Source of the DNA: Lingula anatina
Taxonomy: Eukaryota; Animalia; Brachiopoda
Length of the DNA: 64,000 bases
Direction of reading: 5' to 3'
Assembly (NCBI GenBank): GCA_051362555.1
Contig: JBPQGU010000016.1
Coordinates: 2,046,001 to 2,110,000, forward strand
The notes beneath the pieces are model-generated. The model saw only the letters and a program-made list of their open reading frames with translations, ran no database searches and had not been told where the DNA came from. Shown piece after piece: positions 29,158 through 42,453 of this stretch. Positions within the stretch are counted from its first letter, which is position 1, and every line of letters begins with the position of its first letter. The position numbers were made by a program, and so were the translations under genes.

Positions 29158-29270
29158 TGTTGTGAGTTCTGCTTCATTACGTTCAAGATTCCCGCACCAA
29201 GTCACATGGTACCCGGTGTCATGCGACACCTGGCGTGACGAATAAACAATACATAGACTGATACACTACA
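29158..29270 (-). repeat. Gypsy 5' LTR
   Basis: TG...CA termini, directly followed by the primer-binding site. Confidence 0.9.
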
Positions 29271-30586
29271 TCGCAACGGAATCGTAGAGCGTGTCGAATT
29301 AAATCAGAAAATTGGCAAAAGTTCACGAATCCTCGTGAATCCTAAAATTTGTCAATTCCTGGCGATTCGCGGGATTCGTGGTCTGTGTGAAATAGGGGCA
29401 TTAGATAAAAAAGAAGAGACGTTTCTTAAGATTATTCATAGTATATGACCACTTCATATGATAAGCATTACTACCTAATGACAGAAGGCGACTTCATTGA
29501 TTAAATACATTGTTCTTCTACCACTTATACACCATTAACCTTGTCTAGGACAGGCCTACCCAACTACCAGACTCGGCACATAAGGATCCTGAATTAACCG
29601 GTATAACGGACCACACTACCCGTTTTCAAGGCGTGTGTCAGATCGCATTTCGGAGTATCTAACCCCAGAACAAATTTTGTAGGACGACCGCGGGCTCATC
29701 CACGCTCGGCTGTCACCTTGATTGGATAGTAAACGATTGTCGTAAAATCGCTATATGATTTTAAAACCGGTTGCATAAATTTGAAAACCACGTAGAACAA
29801 CCTTAGACTTTACTCTAACTTTAGAGTCCTCTATTTCTCTATGGGGGTATGTGGGGACTTTACGACATTCGGTTTGAATGCTTTAACCACTTTTGATAGG
29901 GCTTTTTTGCATTGTATTAGATTAATGTGGCAGTCTAAGGTTGTTCTAGGTGGTTTTCAAGGTGTGACAAAACTGAAACCGAAACTCTTTCATTACGGAA
30001 ATGCAAAGAGCATAGTGACAGAAGTATACTCATGATACCATCTGGACAGAATACAGACCATGAAAAACTTGACTGGCTGTTAAGTCAGAAAAGTGAAATA
30101 TGCCTAACACCCATTGTTATTATTATAGTGTGCTCTGCATTGAGGGTCGCATTGCGTATTTTCGTATCCCGTGAAAGTAATTTTTATTTCTCGATTTGCC
30201 CAAAACGTTCACATATGTATTATTTAACGTCATCTATGAAGCACCCTATTCTGGTGACTTGTAAATTGGCCTTGGAGAGGGGGGTTCGGGGCATAATGAA
30301 GGGCAGCGAAAAAAAATAGTATTTTAGGGGCCATTAAGAATAGATGCTTCGAGGGGAGGCAGGGAGGTCATCGGGAATCACTTTTGAAATGGGGTTGGCC
30401 ATGTTTAGTGGGCGGCTTAGTTAGTCATCGGATCAGCTATTCTGAACGGCCCCTTAAAGGAAGAACGGTGCCATTTGGAACTTTGATTCAGCCAGTCAAT
30501 ATTCTAATTTCAAGAAAGGCTCATTGGTGTGATTTTTTTTTCATAAATCAAAGGGAGGGTCGCCCCCACTTGTCCCCCCCCCTCCA

Positions 30587-30870
30587 CCCGCACGAAAATG
30601 CAGTAGTATCGAAGTAGCAAAGAAGCATTAACGCAGTAGTGGTGTGGAGCATATTTGCAGTAGGAATGCAGCATAGCCTACTGCAATTCTACTTCAAAAA
30701 TTACATAAGGTTGTACAGAGGAGGAGCATTAATGCAGTAGATTAGCAGCATGATAGAAGCATGTTTCAAATATGCTAATTAGCTCCCACATCGAAGCAGA
30801 TTTGAAGCATGTTTGCAGTATGATTGCAGTAGTCTACTGCGCTGGAGTATCTACTTCGTTTTCGTGCGTG
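30587..30870. mobile_element. MITE
   Basis: Inverted ends cgcacgaaaatg and cgttttcgtgcg, with internal gcagta repeats. Confidence 0.55.
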
Positions 30871-31059
30871 CAACCCAAATCCGCCACTGCATATACTGTG
30901 TGTGTGTGTGTGTGCGTGTGTGTGTGTGTGTGTGTGGCGGGGGAGTAACATTAGTCACTCCCACTCTCGTTCGAGTATATTAAAGCTAGGTGAATAGAAA
31001 CGGTCAGCTGACCAGATGTAGGGAGATCTAATTGGGATGCTAAACATCAAGTAACGGTC

Positions 31060-33425
31060 CAGGGTACGAAATAAGGACCGTCCGGCAGCCCGGGACGGCT
31101 CAATTATCACCCGGGCGGTCTCTTTCCAAAAGTTGTCAGTCCGTTTGTCTGGCTATTTTCTGGCCTTTAAAATAATTGTATGTCAGTATGCACGTTCATA
31201 TTAAGCAGATTAGGTTGAAATAAAACGAAAACAATGAAGCTCACCCTTCAAGAAATCGACACTCGAAACAAATGAACGAAAACCGAAAGTAGGTCATACA
31301 TGCTTGTTTCACCTTTTTCTCCGTCATGCCTTGCGCAAAGACCCTTCACCGTGTTATGAAACGTCTGATACAAAGTATCAAACGCGGCATAAATATGCTT
31401 GTTTACGAGACAAATAACGAACGACGTGTGGTCATTCAAGTTCAGAACAACACGATCTCGTCTAATTACGCAGTTTAAGTTTTGATTCTTCTTTAATCTG
31501 TAATTGTAATTGTACGATGTCTTTCTCATAAAAAAATTAAGTCACGACGCGCGTGGACTATACAAGATTCCGCAGTCAGGATTACCCCTGTCGCACTTTA
31601 CCCTCTATAAGTATTTTAATAATGAATGTGATGCCCCAGCACGTAAGAAAAAGTTATCAGACAGTCAAATAAAGTGCATGATGACACCAAAGCAGGGCTC
31701 CACAGGTAAAAATTAAGTTCGGAAAAGTGAATTTGCAGGGTGGGCTGTCAGACAGACAGGTTATGTTTTATTAGAACTTAACAACAAAAATCTTGAAAAA
31801 GAATTTTTTGTTGCATACTAACGTCTTCTCGTCTCTTCCTGGATGGCATTAAATAGAGTGACCTACATTGGTACAAAACACGTGGTCCCAAAACGAAGTC
31901 TAAGCAAACTTACCGCTAAATTATGAAAGTGAACACCTTCCAGAACTTCACAAGACAAAATTTATTTACATAACAGGCTGACTACTTAATATTCATTTGT
32001 TTTAAAATCTTCGTGCTCTAGTAATAAAGACCGTTCTTAAAATAGAAACTACACAAGTACTGGGTACAACAGCCAGATTGGACTGGATGAACTGGATGTA
32101 TCTAGTTTGTTGTCAAGGCAACATACTGCCTGTCAATCAAATGTGTTGCACACTATCCCCTCACAACCATTTGAAGTTGGAACGTTGGGACTGAAGATCT
32201 TGTTGAAATGTTGTTTACTTGCATAACCTGAAATTTTGTAAGATGTTTTATTTAATGACTCTAGCACCACCTGTGTTATTTACAGTTCAAAATTTAGTGC
32301 TGGTATTTGATAATCAGCAATGCTGTCAAAATTGTGATATTGATGTAAGGAAGAAAATTGATAAAAATATGAGAATTTAAATGAAAAATGGGAATTTTTG
32401 ACTGATTTTATTTAATTCATAAATTAAAAAAAAAACAAACACATGTTACCCCTAAAGAAAGCAAATTGTTAATATTAATATCAATTTAAAAACTTTAATA
32501 TTAGTGATATTTATATAAGTAAACTATTATACAATGAATATTCTTCAATTTTTGACGACATTTATTTAAATATAATAAATTTTGAATATTTTAATAAAAT
32601 AATATAACACTGCTCCCCCCCCCCCCCCCACCCACCTCCCGCTCATAGTTTTTTTTTAGGACTTAGTTTATCTTCATGTGAATCTGTTATCAAATTTCAG
32701 ATTTACAATAAGTGGACCCTGTACCCCAAACCCTGGGAAAAGCCCCGATCAAAACCATGTTAAATCAGACTTCTATGCAAGATTAAATATTCAGGAGTTC
32801 ACAAGTATAAAAAAACGACTTTATCTGTAAATAAATCCACTGCATTTTCCAGGCTCATTTGACTGAATATCTTGGTAATAAATACATTACATGTATGACT
32901 ACACATATTTATGTTTACAAAGTTCACCGAGAGGTATGAATGGAAAAAATTTGGTTTTGTTCGACAGATTGGATTCAAAATAGGACACGTCAAATTTATC
33001 CACCTGTCCAAAGGACAGGTGCTCATTAAAGTTAGTGTCTGGCCCTGCAAAAGGAAAAGATCAGTTGTGCCATCATGGAAAACTGAATTTTCCTGGTTAA
33101 TTTGTGATGAGACTGATAGCAAAAACGTCATTTGTAACAAGTGGGTTATGCAACTAGACTCTGATTATGACAGTCGCATGTAGTGAATCAGACTTCTGAT
33201 TTGGGTTCAGAGCTTAACGTTTCAGATGCTGACAGCAAATAATCTACTTGAATAAATTGACTTTGAGACTAAGAGTCCTTGTTTCAATATCGTTCTTGCC
33301 TACAATTGGTTTAATCGGGTAATTTTTTTTAAATCAAGACTGGCTACTTTTGGTCAGGGCTGGCTACATTTCAAAGTTGCCAGCCCTGCTGTCCGGCTTC
33401 AAATTTATACGAGTTTCATACCCTG
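31060..33425. mobile_element. hAT-type non-autonomous element
   Basis: cagggtacgaaa ... tttcataccctg with a degraded agtaac-containing duplication. Its flanks are contiguous in the paralogous copy at 52010-52070. Confidence 0.65.
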
Positions 33426-36243
33426 AGTAACCTCCCTCCCCAACGTCATATTTGCAGGTTTCCAAAAGCAGGCAACACCGCAGAAAATGTTTGGGCCAAA
33501 AAAGAGCCAGCCAAGGGCACATTTCAGGAACACGTTTGATTACCGTCTACCATGGTAGAAATTAAAGAAAAAAAAATTAAAAAAAGCAAAACAAAAGAAA
33601 AATAAACATATGGAAGCTATTAAATCTGCCAGCGCAGATGACATTGCACCCGCCCAGAAGGGAGCTACTGCAGGAGAATCCTAAGTTATTTTCAATCTGA
33701 AGAAACAAGCTATTCAAAAGGGGCCAAAAAAACAGCGATTAAAATCAGAGCAGTTAATCGCCTTGATTGATGTCAAGGACCTTGGCTTGGGCCTGTTATT
33801 AACAGTTAAGTTGCAGTGTCTGAGTAGTTATGCAAACAATTACCAGCGATGCAATCAGCTTTAAGATTTCATCACAGGATTACAGAGAATGAAATGACTG
33901 TCTATTTATCAAAATACATATCTGTGAATAGCTTGTGAGAAATCCATCTGTCACCCTGGTAGAGGGTAACGTTTAACATGTCATGGTAATCATTCACAGG
34001 TGAAGTACCAGAAGAGATGGAGCCTCTCCAAAATAATTTGACCGAATTTGATCTGAGAAAAATACAGCCGTAACAGTCCAGCAATTTGATGAAATTGTGT
34101 CTTTTACATACAAGCATCAAATTTGGCAAATTGTAGAAAATGAAATTTTAAGCAAATTTGGATATATGGGCATATACGAAAATACCATAATGGTCGTCAA
34201 ATCCAATATGACCACCACAAATACACTTTCAAATTAAAACTTCAACTATGTAGCTCTTGAATGGCTAAATGCATCATTGAATGGTTGGAAATAAGAAAAC
34301 AACATGGTAAGAATACCATATCAACACCTGCTTCTAAGATGTATAGTGAGTGGTAGTAATAATTATGCTTCCGTCTTACACCGGTTTACACGTTTGAAAT
34401 GTTTTAATCACTATCCTGTGAGTAGAAGGGGGCGGCAAAAAATGGAGAACCGTATAAACCCCTCCAAAATTCAAACGCAAAATCACAGTAGCTTAGGTGG
34501 AATAACACAATACTTTAGACGAGTGAGCCCCATGACGCCGGTTTTTGTGAGCCAGCACGAGCGCTGCAATCAACTGTAAGTAGGTGTAATCAACAGCAAG
34601 ATACATCAGCCAGAAGGTCACCATTGTTTGTTGTGGCGGTAGGATTATAGCTTTAAGAGGCTGGAACCCATGCTACCGCGTGCCACTAAACCGTCTCCCG
34701 TAGCAAACTGTCCGCTTGAACAAAAGAATGGTTCGCTACCGGAGACCGTTTGTTTACATAAGTACCCTACCCAGGCGTGCCTACCCAGTGGATAAGGCTA
34801 GTCACTATGTGCCGTCAACAATCGTCTAGCGACCGTATCATTATCCCACTCCCTCTATTGTATGTCCCATAGCTATAATCAACGTGTAATCTTCAAATGA
34901 TATACGGGGTAAATATACACAGACTTAATACTAAGACTGTATTTAGCAGAATAGTGAATTCATCACGCACTTTGGAAGTATACGCATGTTTGAAAAATTC
35001 CAACATGGCCTCCAAATCCAATATGGCCGCCACGAATACCATTTCAAGAGAACCCTTTTTTGTTAGAAAACACTATGATATAAGTGAAATGTAAATATAT
35101 GCTTCTTCAAGTGTATAGAAATCTTAAATGACCTACAAAAGTAAAATGTAGCCCATTCACTCAAAACATGCAGCAGTATGGTGATTTCATTATGCACTTA
35201 AAACTTGACTACAAGCATGAAGACTTGCGCATTTGCAGAGAACAGGATTTTAGGCGATTTTATATAGAAGGGCATGCCTAAAAATTCCAATATTACCACA
35301 AAAAAACACCTTTTTAAAATCAAAATCCTGCTTCATAATTTATAATAACCTGATATGTTTTTGTATAAATAATATAAATGAATTTTTAAAAGCTTCTCCT
35401 TTAGTTACATTGAAATCCAACATTAACTGGATGTAGCGATTCTATATTTGCCAAGGAAAAATGAAAAATGTCCACTAATTTTTTAACCAATGATATTTTT
35501 GTAAAGTAGGTACTGCACATTACGGAAATATATGGTTGATTAACCTATTGCATTAAAAATTGATAATTTTACAAGAGAGGATAACAGCTAGCAAGACCAA
35601 TTTCTTCTCATTTATTTGTTTCCATTTTAATTAACAAGTGACTGGAATGCCACGCAATTACTTATTTCTTTAGATAATTCTCATTCATTTAAATTTGCAT
35701 AGTTTTACTTTTGCTTCCCTCAGCTTTCTCAGAATTTGTGGAAAGCTATGCGCACTACATGTAATCCACTTCCCCCAAAAATACCAACAGAGGTTGGTCA
35801 AGTTTCAGGCCAAAAAGCATCAGTTTACATGAATGAATAACAACAGGATAATAGTGTGGTAGTGCATAGATGAAGGTTATAAATGTGAACCCACACAGAT
35901 CCCGTCTTCTTAAGCTTCGCAACTTATCAAACTGCCGAGTACGCAAATGAAAACCAAAATTTGGTGCCTACTTCCTCTTGAGTGCACGACGTCTGAAGCC
36001 TACTATTCAGCCTTTGAAAAGAGCATGCATCAACAGTTGGCCTGTTTTTGGAATGTTCTTTTCACTGTATTTATAATCACCATTTCTCACCAACTTTTAA
36101 TTCAATAAACTAAGCGTAAAAAAATTATTAGAAGACCTTGTTTACCTGACCCATTATCTTCAAATATTAGGCGCAGATATTGTAATGGTCCAGGGTTTGG
36201 ATCCCCCTTTTCAACGCTGACCATAACTTCCCATAAAAGCACC

Positions 36244-36283
<40 letters not shown>

Positions 36284-36988
36284 CAATTTAACCTGTATAT
36301 GCCCGATTTTTTTAAACATACACCCAATAGTACTTAAGTTGCAACAGAAATCCTATTCAGTCATACAAGTTTGTTAATATCATTAAAACGTACAGTTTAC
36401 CTATGTTGGATAATATTTAGAGTACACATTATTCAAAACGTAGGACCAACACTTTTTTACCATTATCGCACTAAGTCACAGGCCTTATCTTCTGTGGAGA
36501 TGAAGTCGCATTTTTTTCTATCAGGTCGAATTGTCAGTTAAATCAGGGCCATGAAGCGGTTATATACTATGAAGTATATTAGCAAACGTATGTGTGGAAT
36601 GTAGCAAAATCAAGTTACGTTACTGGAAGCCGGTCGAAGACATGGAGAAACTACCATAGAAAAAGGCGAATATTCCCTGATATTTTGCAAATTACCTCAT
36701 TTATAGCAAAACATACATGACATGAGTTCGTTGAAAAAAACAAGCTGGGAAAGATACGCATCCAGTCCTGTTATACGTCTCTTTTTCAGGAATGATGATA
36801 TACAGCAGTTCGCACGTTATCACCGCCTTATCCAATGGTAATTTTTGCTTAAAATCAATACTGAATACAATGCAAGATATATACGATATATTTTGTGTCT
36901 TATTTTGGCTAATATTATATGTCCCCCTTTAATTAATGCATATGTCTTTTTTACGAACACTTAAACAACTTCTAAAAAGGTAATCAAG

Positions 36989-37054
<66 letters not shown>

Positions 37055-37056
<2 letters not shown>

Positions 37057-37227
37057 CAAGCGTGAGTGTGGAACAGAGTAACAAACACGGCGTGCGACGT
37101 AAGCGTCGTCACGCCGTGTACGTAAAACGGCTATTAAAAGCATTTTCAAATAAACATCCTGACGATCGGCATACCCAGAAGGTATGCCCGTGAAACTCGG
37201 AGTCGGGGTTATTGCATATCTCTTGTT
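37055..37227. mobile_element. Short hairpin-rich element embedded in (TA)n
   Basis: aacaag...cttgtt ends, flanked on both sides by long (TA)n, with two internal GC-rich hairpins. Confidence 0.5.
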
Positions 37228-37255
37228 TATTTATTAATTTTAATTATATATATAG

Positions 37256-37336
<81 letters not shown>

Positions 37337-37355
37337 CGGAATAGGGGAACATTAC

Positions 37356-37944
37356 CGTTTCAGCATCGGGAACTTTATACGGCACCGTTTCAACAGATTT
37401 TATCAGCTCTATCAACTCTTCTTGTTTCGTATCTCGGTCTTCCCGGTCACTGTTTTCTACACACCATATTCGTTCGCCACATTCGTAATAAAGATTCAGA
37501 AATGGTTCTGGCGAATCGGTGATATATTCTCCGATGGAAGTGTATTCATGTTTTATGACATCAGCAAATGTAAACACAATGATACTTTTCTTAGGGAAAT
37601 TGTCTCCGAAAATCCCCCGTAACTGGTTTACTGCTTCTATTTGAGTATTTTTAATTCGGCCCATTTTAAACACAATCAATATAGAGTCCACTTGCTTCAG
37701 AGATCCAGCTTCCTTGTATATTCTGCGCAATATCTTATTGTCACTTTTGGACAGCGAGCCTAAACCAGGTGTGTCCATAAGATGGACAGTGCAAGAGCAA
37801 GGTTCGTTGAGCCTGAATTTCGTGTGTGCAATTTTGCCATCTTTTCCATTATACTCACGGTCATCGGATAGTTTCTGTACAGTTGCAGATTTCCCTTGCC
37901 CCTTATAGCCAACGACTATTACGTTGTAGGTTTTAGTGGTCGCC
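37356..37944 (-). CDS. GIMAP/AIG1-family GTPase, main coding exon
   Basis: Extending ORF 37227..37778 upstream gives YNVIVVGYKGQGKSAT (G1), HLMDTPG (G3), VDSILIVFKMGR (conserved box with Arg), SIIVFTFAD (G4) and ECGERIWCVEN. Acceptor tttttcag| at 37945 and donor acg|gtaatg at 37355. The IYIY tail in the ORF track is an intronic (TA)n repeat. Confidence 0.9.
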
Positions 37945-38035
37945 CTGAAAAATGATTACACCATGAATTATGAAAAACTGAACTATAAAAAAGCAGTAAA
38001 GAAAGTCAGAAAAATAAAATGAAAACCTTACTTAC

Positions 38036-38046
38036 AGCAGAGACAT
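38036..38046 (-). CDS. Start-codon segment (MSL+L) of the minus-strand GIMAP
   Basis: Minus strand reads ATG TCT CTG CT|gtaagt. The phase-2 donor matches the phase of the acceptor at 37945 across a 91-bp intron, giving MSLLATTKTYNVIVVG. Confidence 0.7.
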
Positions 38047-38187
38047 GCTTTTATTGGCAGAGATAAAGAAAATGATAAACAAGTCTGCTAGAAAGAGTTT
38101 GTCTGGTTTCAAATTAGGCTTTTTTATGATTTTCTCTCCGTCTCCTCCACGATTTTATGCTTTGTCTTCGTGACAATGAATATTTCA

Positions 38188-38232
<45 letters not shown>

Positions 38233-41200
38233 GCAATATATATAATCAAGAATTCTAAAACACACCACATTAATGATATTTAGACTAATGGTAAGGTATA
38301 AAGTATAGATGCAGTAATGACTATAGCCTTTTCTTGATAAATCGGCTTTAACGCTTTATTAATTTAACAGTTAAACTGAAACTATATTTATCCGTTTCTT
38401 TAGCCTCAAACAGAGTCTCCGTGCAACTTACTGTTTAATACCTACGTTTCATAAATGATTCACCATTACACGTGAATATTTACTTACATTGCTGTTCCTA
38501 TTCGGAGAGAACGGATGATCTAGCGAATGGCTATAAAAATCAAACTGCGCATGCACTGATAATTCGCGGGACCTTCACAAAGGCGCATAATTTGACAATT
38601 GCAAGGGGAAATTGTAAACATGCATTATTTCATTATTTTGTTAATTACTTGCTGCTGGCACCTTCTTTTGATCTTCTTCTCTTTATATTGTATAGTTGCT
38701 ATGTCCAAGTTGTTACTCGTACATGTATATGTATAAAACACGATGACTTCATTCAAGTTCAAACTGACATGAAACAAGGGGCAAACAGAGCGCTTCTTTT
38801 TCCCTTTTGCTTTAGGCAGCAAAATATTATAGTTGCAATGAGACGCTCCATGAGCTTTTGACCTCATAACAGCGTCACTGAGCTCCTGACCTCATATATA
38901 CGCCCACATAAGCGTGCACAGCACAGCCTCAAATGCTGCCAGGAAGGAAGTCTGCGTTACGTGTACCGAACACATACTGAGCTCATTAACTATGTTCTGA
39001 TAGTTCAAACAAGGTAAAGATTTAATATGCTCAAGTGAAATAGTTACATTACACTCATCAGGGTTAATTTGTTATCAACAGATTTTGGAAGAAAGGGTAG
39101 GTGAGCTTGAATCCGAGCCACCCACACTGGATCAAATGCCACGCTGACTTGCAAATCGGAGATGGATACAGCGTTAATAACGTAAAAAAAACACATAATT
39201 GAAGGCACAGAAGAAAATAATTTGGATTTTTCTAGACATCACCTCGCCATTTAGCCGGACACTTAACCGGTCGCGATTCTCAGTCCAGCGGCAGCGAGGG
39301 TTTTTTGAGGCTCAAGGCAAATTTTAATATACCTGGCAAATACGTAAGAAACAAGGCGGAGGCAAGAGCAAATGCTAGTTGAAAAGGAAATAGGGTGAAC
39401 ACAACAGAAGGTGACGTCACTACACTGCGCCCGTCTATTCGTCTGCAAACCGTGAGTTTTTATTTTCCTTTTATTTAATTAATTGGATGATATGTTTGTC
39501 TACTCGCCCCTTTATTTATTTTTATTAATTGACTGGTTAACTGATATAATTTTTATGCCAGAAAATACCAGCTCTGAAAAGGATAACCATCAAGGCTTTG
39601 TTAGCTGCATGCGTGCCTTCAACTTATGCTCGATGTACCCTGTCTGCTCCCATACCCTCTCCCAAAGTTATAACCTAGCTGACAGAATAAACTAAATATC
39701 CATCTTTATGACCTTGTGATACAGTTACATTTTGTTTATGTACTTTCTTAATATGTGTTACCATTGTGCCAACCAAAACCCAACACCTAGTACATCCAGT
39801 GTTTAAATTTTGTCCAATTGTATTGATGACTAAGTTGTCAGTGCTTTACAAAAGAACCAATGATTTTTGACAAAATATAATTTCGTAAACATTATTTTTT
39901 TTTTATGTAAGTTGCCTACTTCACTTCAATTTTTCTCGCCAGCTCAAAGATTTCTCTGATATTTGAGCGGATTTAAAAGAAATGTAGTGTTTTATGTCCC
40001 CGTGAATTACACAGCGCCTGCACGGGGGAACCGATATGGCAAGAGGAGGGCGAGCCAAAGACGTCCATTCGTGTCCCTTTCGACCGACAAGCATCGCGTT
40101 TAAGTGTTCAACGTTACTTGAAAATTAATTAAAACGCAAATTAATCTAGACTTCAGATTTAGTAAGACAAAGAAATATATTATTAGAACTTAATTAAATC
40201 CCATTTAAGATGTGCGTAAAATCTGAGTAATTGCAGTTGGTATTTTCAACTTATACTATAAAAGCCGCTAAATGCCATTTATTGTATTTTATTGTCAAGT
40301 TATTGTTTAAATATATATATTTTAGATATATTATGTAAGACGCTATGAGAGTCCAATGGAGTGTACATGTACCTGAAGAAGAGGGGGAGGAAAAGAGAGG
40401 GAAAATTAAAATAAATAGCAAGTTACAGCTAGCGAGAAGATGGCAGGGAGGAAAATTTGAAAAAAATTCAAATCCATTAACTCCCTCCATAAGCACACAC
40501 ACTGAACTTTTATTCGTGTACATAATCTCTTAAGAATGGTTAAATCGCATTATTCATCTCTGATCATTTATATGCCATTAGCTGAAACGAATATAAATTT
40601 CTGGCCCAGGCTTTTCCCAGTGAATCATAGCTCACAATGCATGCAGGTACTGGACACCTGACAAAATTTGTTGAGAAAACACAGAGGAAAACGCCGCAAT
40701 TTTTATTTTCAATTCTGTTACATGAATTTTTTTTTTTTTTTTTTTGAAGTATTAATAAAAAAGAAAATATAGTAATTGGACAGTGCATATTACTAGAATC
40801 GTTAATGCAGAAACGTGAAAGTGATACAAAGCAGATAAATACTGAAATTTATTGAAAGATCCATAGATTAAAGGCACTTCCATCTCATAAGGATTACAGA
40901 AAGCCAGTCTTCTTGTTTATCAAAGACACTGTTTATCAAAGACATTACTTACTATACTATATATAGTATTAATTATTCTCTGGACCTACTAGTAAGTAAT
41001 AAGCCAGTTGTAAAAAATAAAGAAGTATTGGCTTTTCTTTTTTGGAAAACACTAAATAATTACCTTCTGCATGCATTGTAAAACTGGTAAATATTCAAGA
41101 CATTTAGTCCATTTTTGCTATAGTTTCAACAGGGCTAGGTATGTTGCAAACATTTACAAAAACTGAAACAGCACCATTGAGCATTGGTCGGTAACGTCCC

Positions 41201-41819
41201 TATACTTCCCCGCACCGATACACTGTAAAAACACTGTTTAGCTCCTAAACACATTTCTAAGCGTCTCATTTTTTTTTTTTTTTTTGCAACGCGCTTAGCT
41301 CCTTAGTACGTTTAGTTCCGAAACATGTTACACGCTTTTAGCCTGAGTGTATTTAGTAGTACGACGCATGTAACAAGTTCAGATGTCCACCTTTTAGGTG
41401 TTAGCTGACCTTGCAAGGTAGTTTATAATAATGTATTTCTGAAAAACAAGTTTGGAAAATTCAATAGTTCACTTAAGACACGAAATAACTATCACTGCTT
41501 CTTAAAAACACCTTTTCCATATTTTGATAAAGTTTGTTAGGGTATTGATGTCTATTTTTCTATTTTATCTTTTCCGGAAATAATGAACAATAAAACATCT
41601 AGAGATGGTGGATTATTCATTATAAAAATAAATAATATTAATAATTTATGAACACAGAGATGATTTCAAAGGTTCTCTAACTACTATATATATTGGAAAA
41701 TAATAATAATATTAAATAAATTGAAAAAAGAATCGCACATATTTGATGTTATACAATATACATTCTAAGTGGAATGGATGAAAACCTTAGCGTATTTCTA
41801 ATTAATTGCGTTTTTTTAA

Positions 41820-42110
41820 ATCGCCTCCAACAAGGAGGTTATGTTTTCACCCCTGTTTGTTTGTTTGTTTGTTTGTTTGTCATCAACATAACTCAAAAAG
41901 TAACGGAAAAAATTCGATGGAATTTTCAAGGTAGGTCAGAACTTAGAAGAGATTAGTTTTTGGTGGTGATCTGGATCAATAATCAGTCAATAATCAATAA
42001 TAAAAAACTAAGTTATGGACCGATTTTGATGAAATTTTATGTAACTACCAGAAGTGGGCTAAGGAACAGGGGTGATCCGGTTCAATAATCAATCAATAAT
42101 AAAAAATCAA
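41820..42110 (+). mobile_element. Helentron-associated (HINE/DINE-like) short element, partial
   Basis: cctccaacaaggaggttatgttttcaccc + (gttt)n + aacataactcaaaaagt; a related copy lies at 48733-49236. Confidence 0.5.
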
Positions 42111-42393
42111 AAATGTCAAAGCTCAAAGCTTCACTGGTTCTAATTTCGGATAAATCATAATATTCTTACCACTAATTCACTGCTTGTCAAATATCAAATG
42201 GTCGACAACAGTATATGTTCCCTTTGAAAAGGAACTGAAGAAACAACAGAGTATTTATTCTGGTATTGTGCGGTTACCCAAAAATTACTGACCAATTTGG
42301 TAGAATATATATTATTTAATACCCAATTTACTCTACATGTCTCAAAAAGGAATTATTAATCTCATTATGTTGCAATTAAGATTTTATATTTAT

Positions 42394-42453
<60 letters not shown>

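Larger units (their letters stand above)
19658..29270 (-). mobile_element. Ty3/Gypsy LTR retrotransposon, degenerate, with 113-bp LTRs
   Basis: LTRs at 19658-19770 and 29158-29270; TCGC target-site duplication on both sides; primer-binding site; gag, RT (YLDD), RNase H (LDTDAS) and integrase (HIDILG, IHSDMG, GPF) fragments. Confidence 0.93.
19213..29400. mobile_element. PIF/Harbinger-type MITE split by the Gypsy insertion; left end tandemly duplicated
   Basis: tta|tgcccatatttcacacagaccacgaatc at 19213 (second copy at 19374) and gattcgtggtctgtgtgaaataggggca|tta at 29400; TTA target-site duplication. Confidence 0.8.

Noticed and set aside
34532-34579. Conserved micro-ORF MTPVFVSQHERCNQL / MTPVSVVQRERDNPL in the duplicated block
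   Set aside because: The similarity is explained by the DNA duplication itself; no sign of codon-level constraint is visible by eye.
35755-36060. Possible last exon of the minus-strand GIMAP or a decayed GIMAP paralogue
   Set aside because: No GTPase or Hint motifs in the frames examined and no convincing splice context.
37227-37355. Hydrophobic IYIY C-terminal membrane anchor on the GIMAP
   Set aside because: It is a translated (TA)n microsatellite lying downstream of a splice donor.
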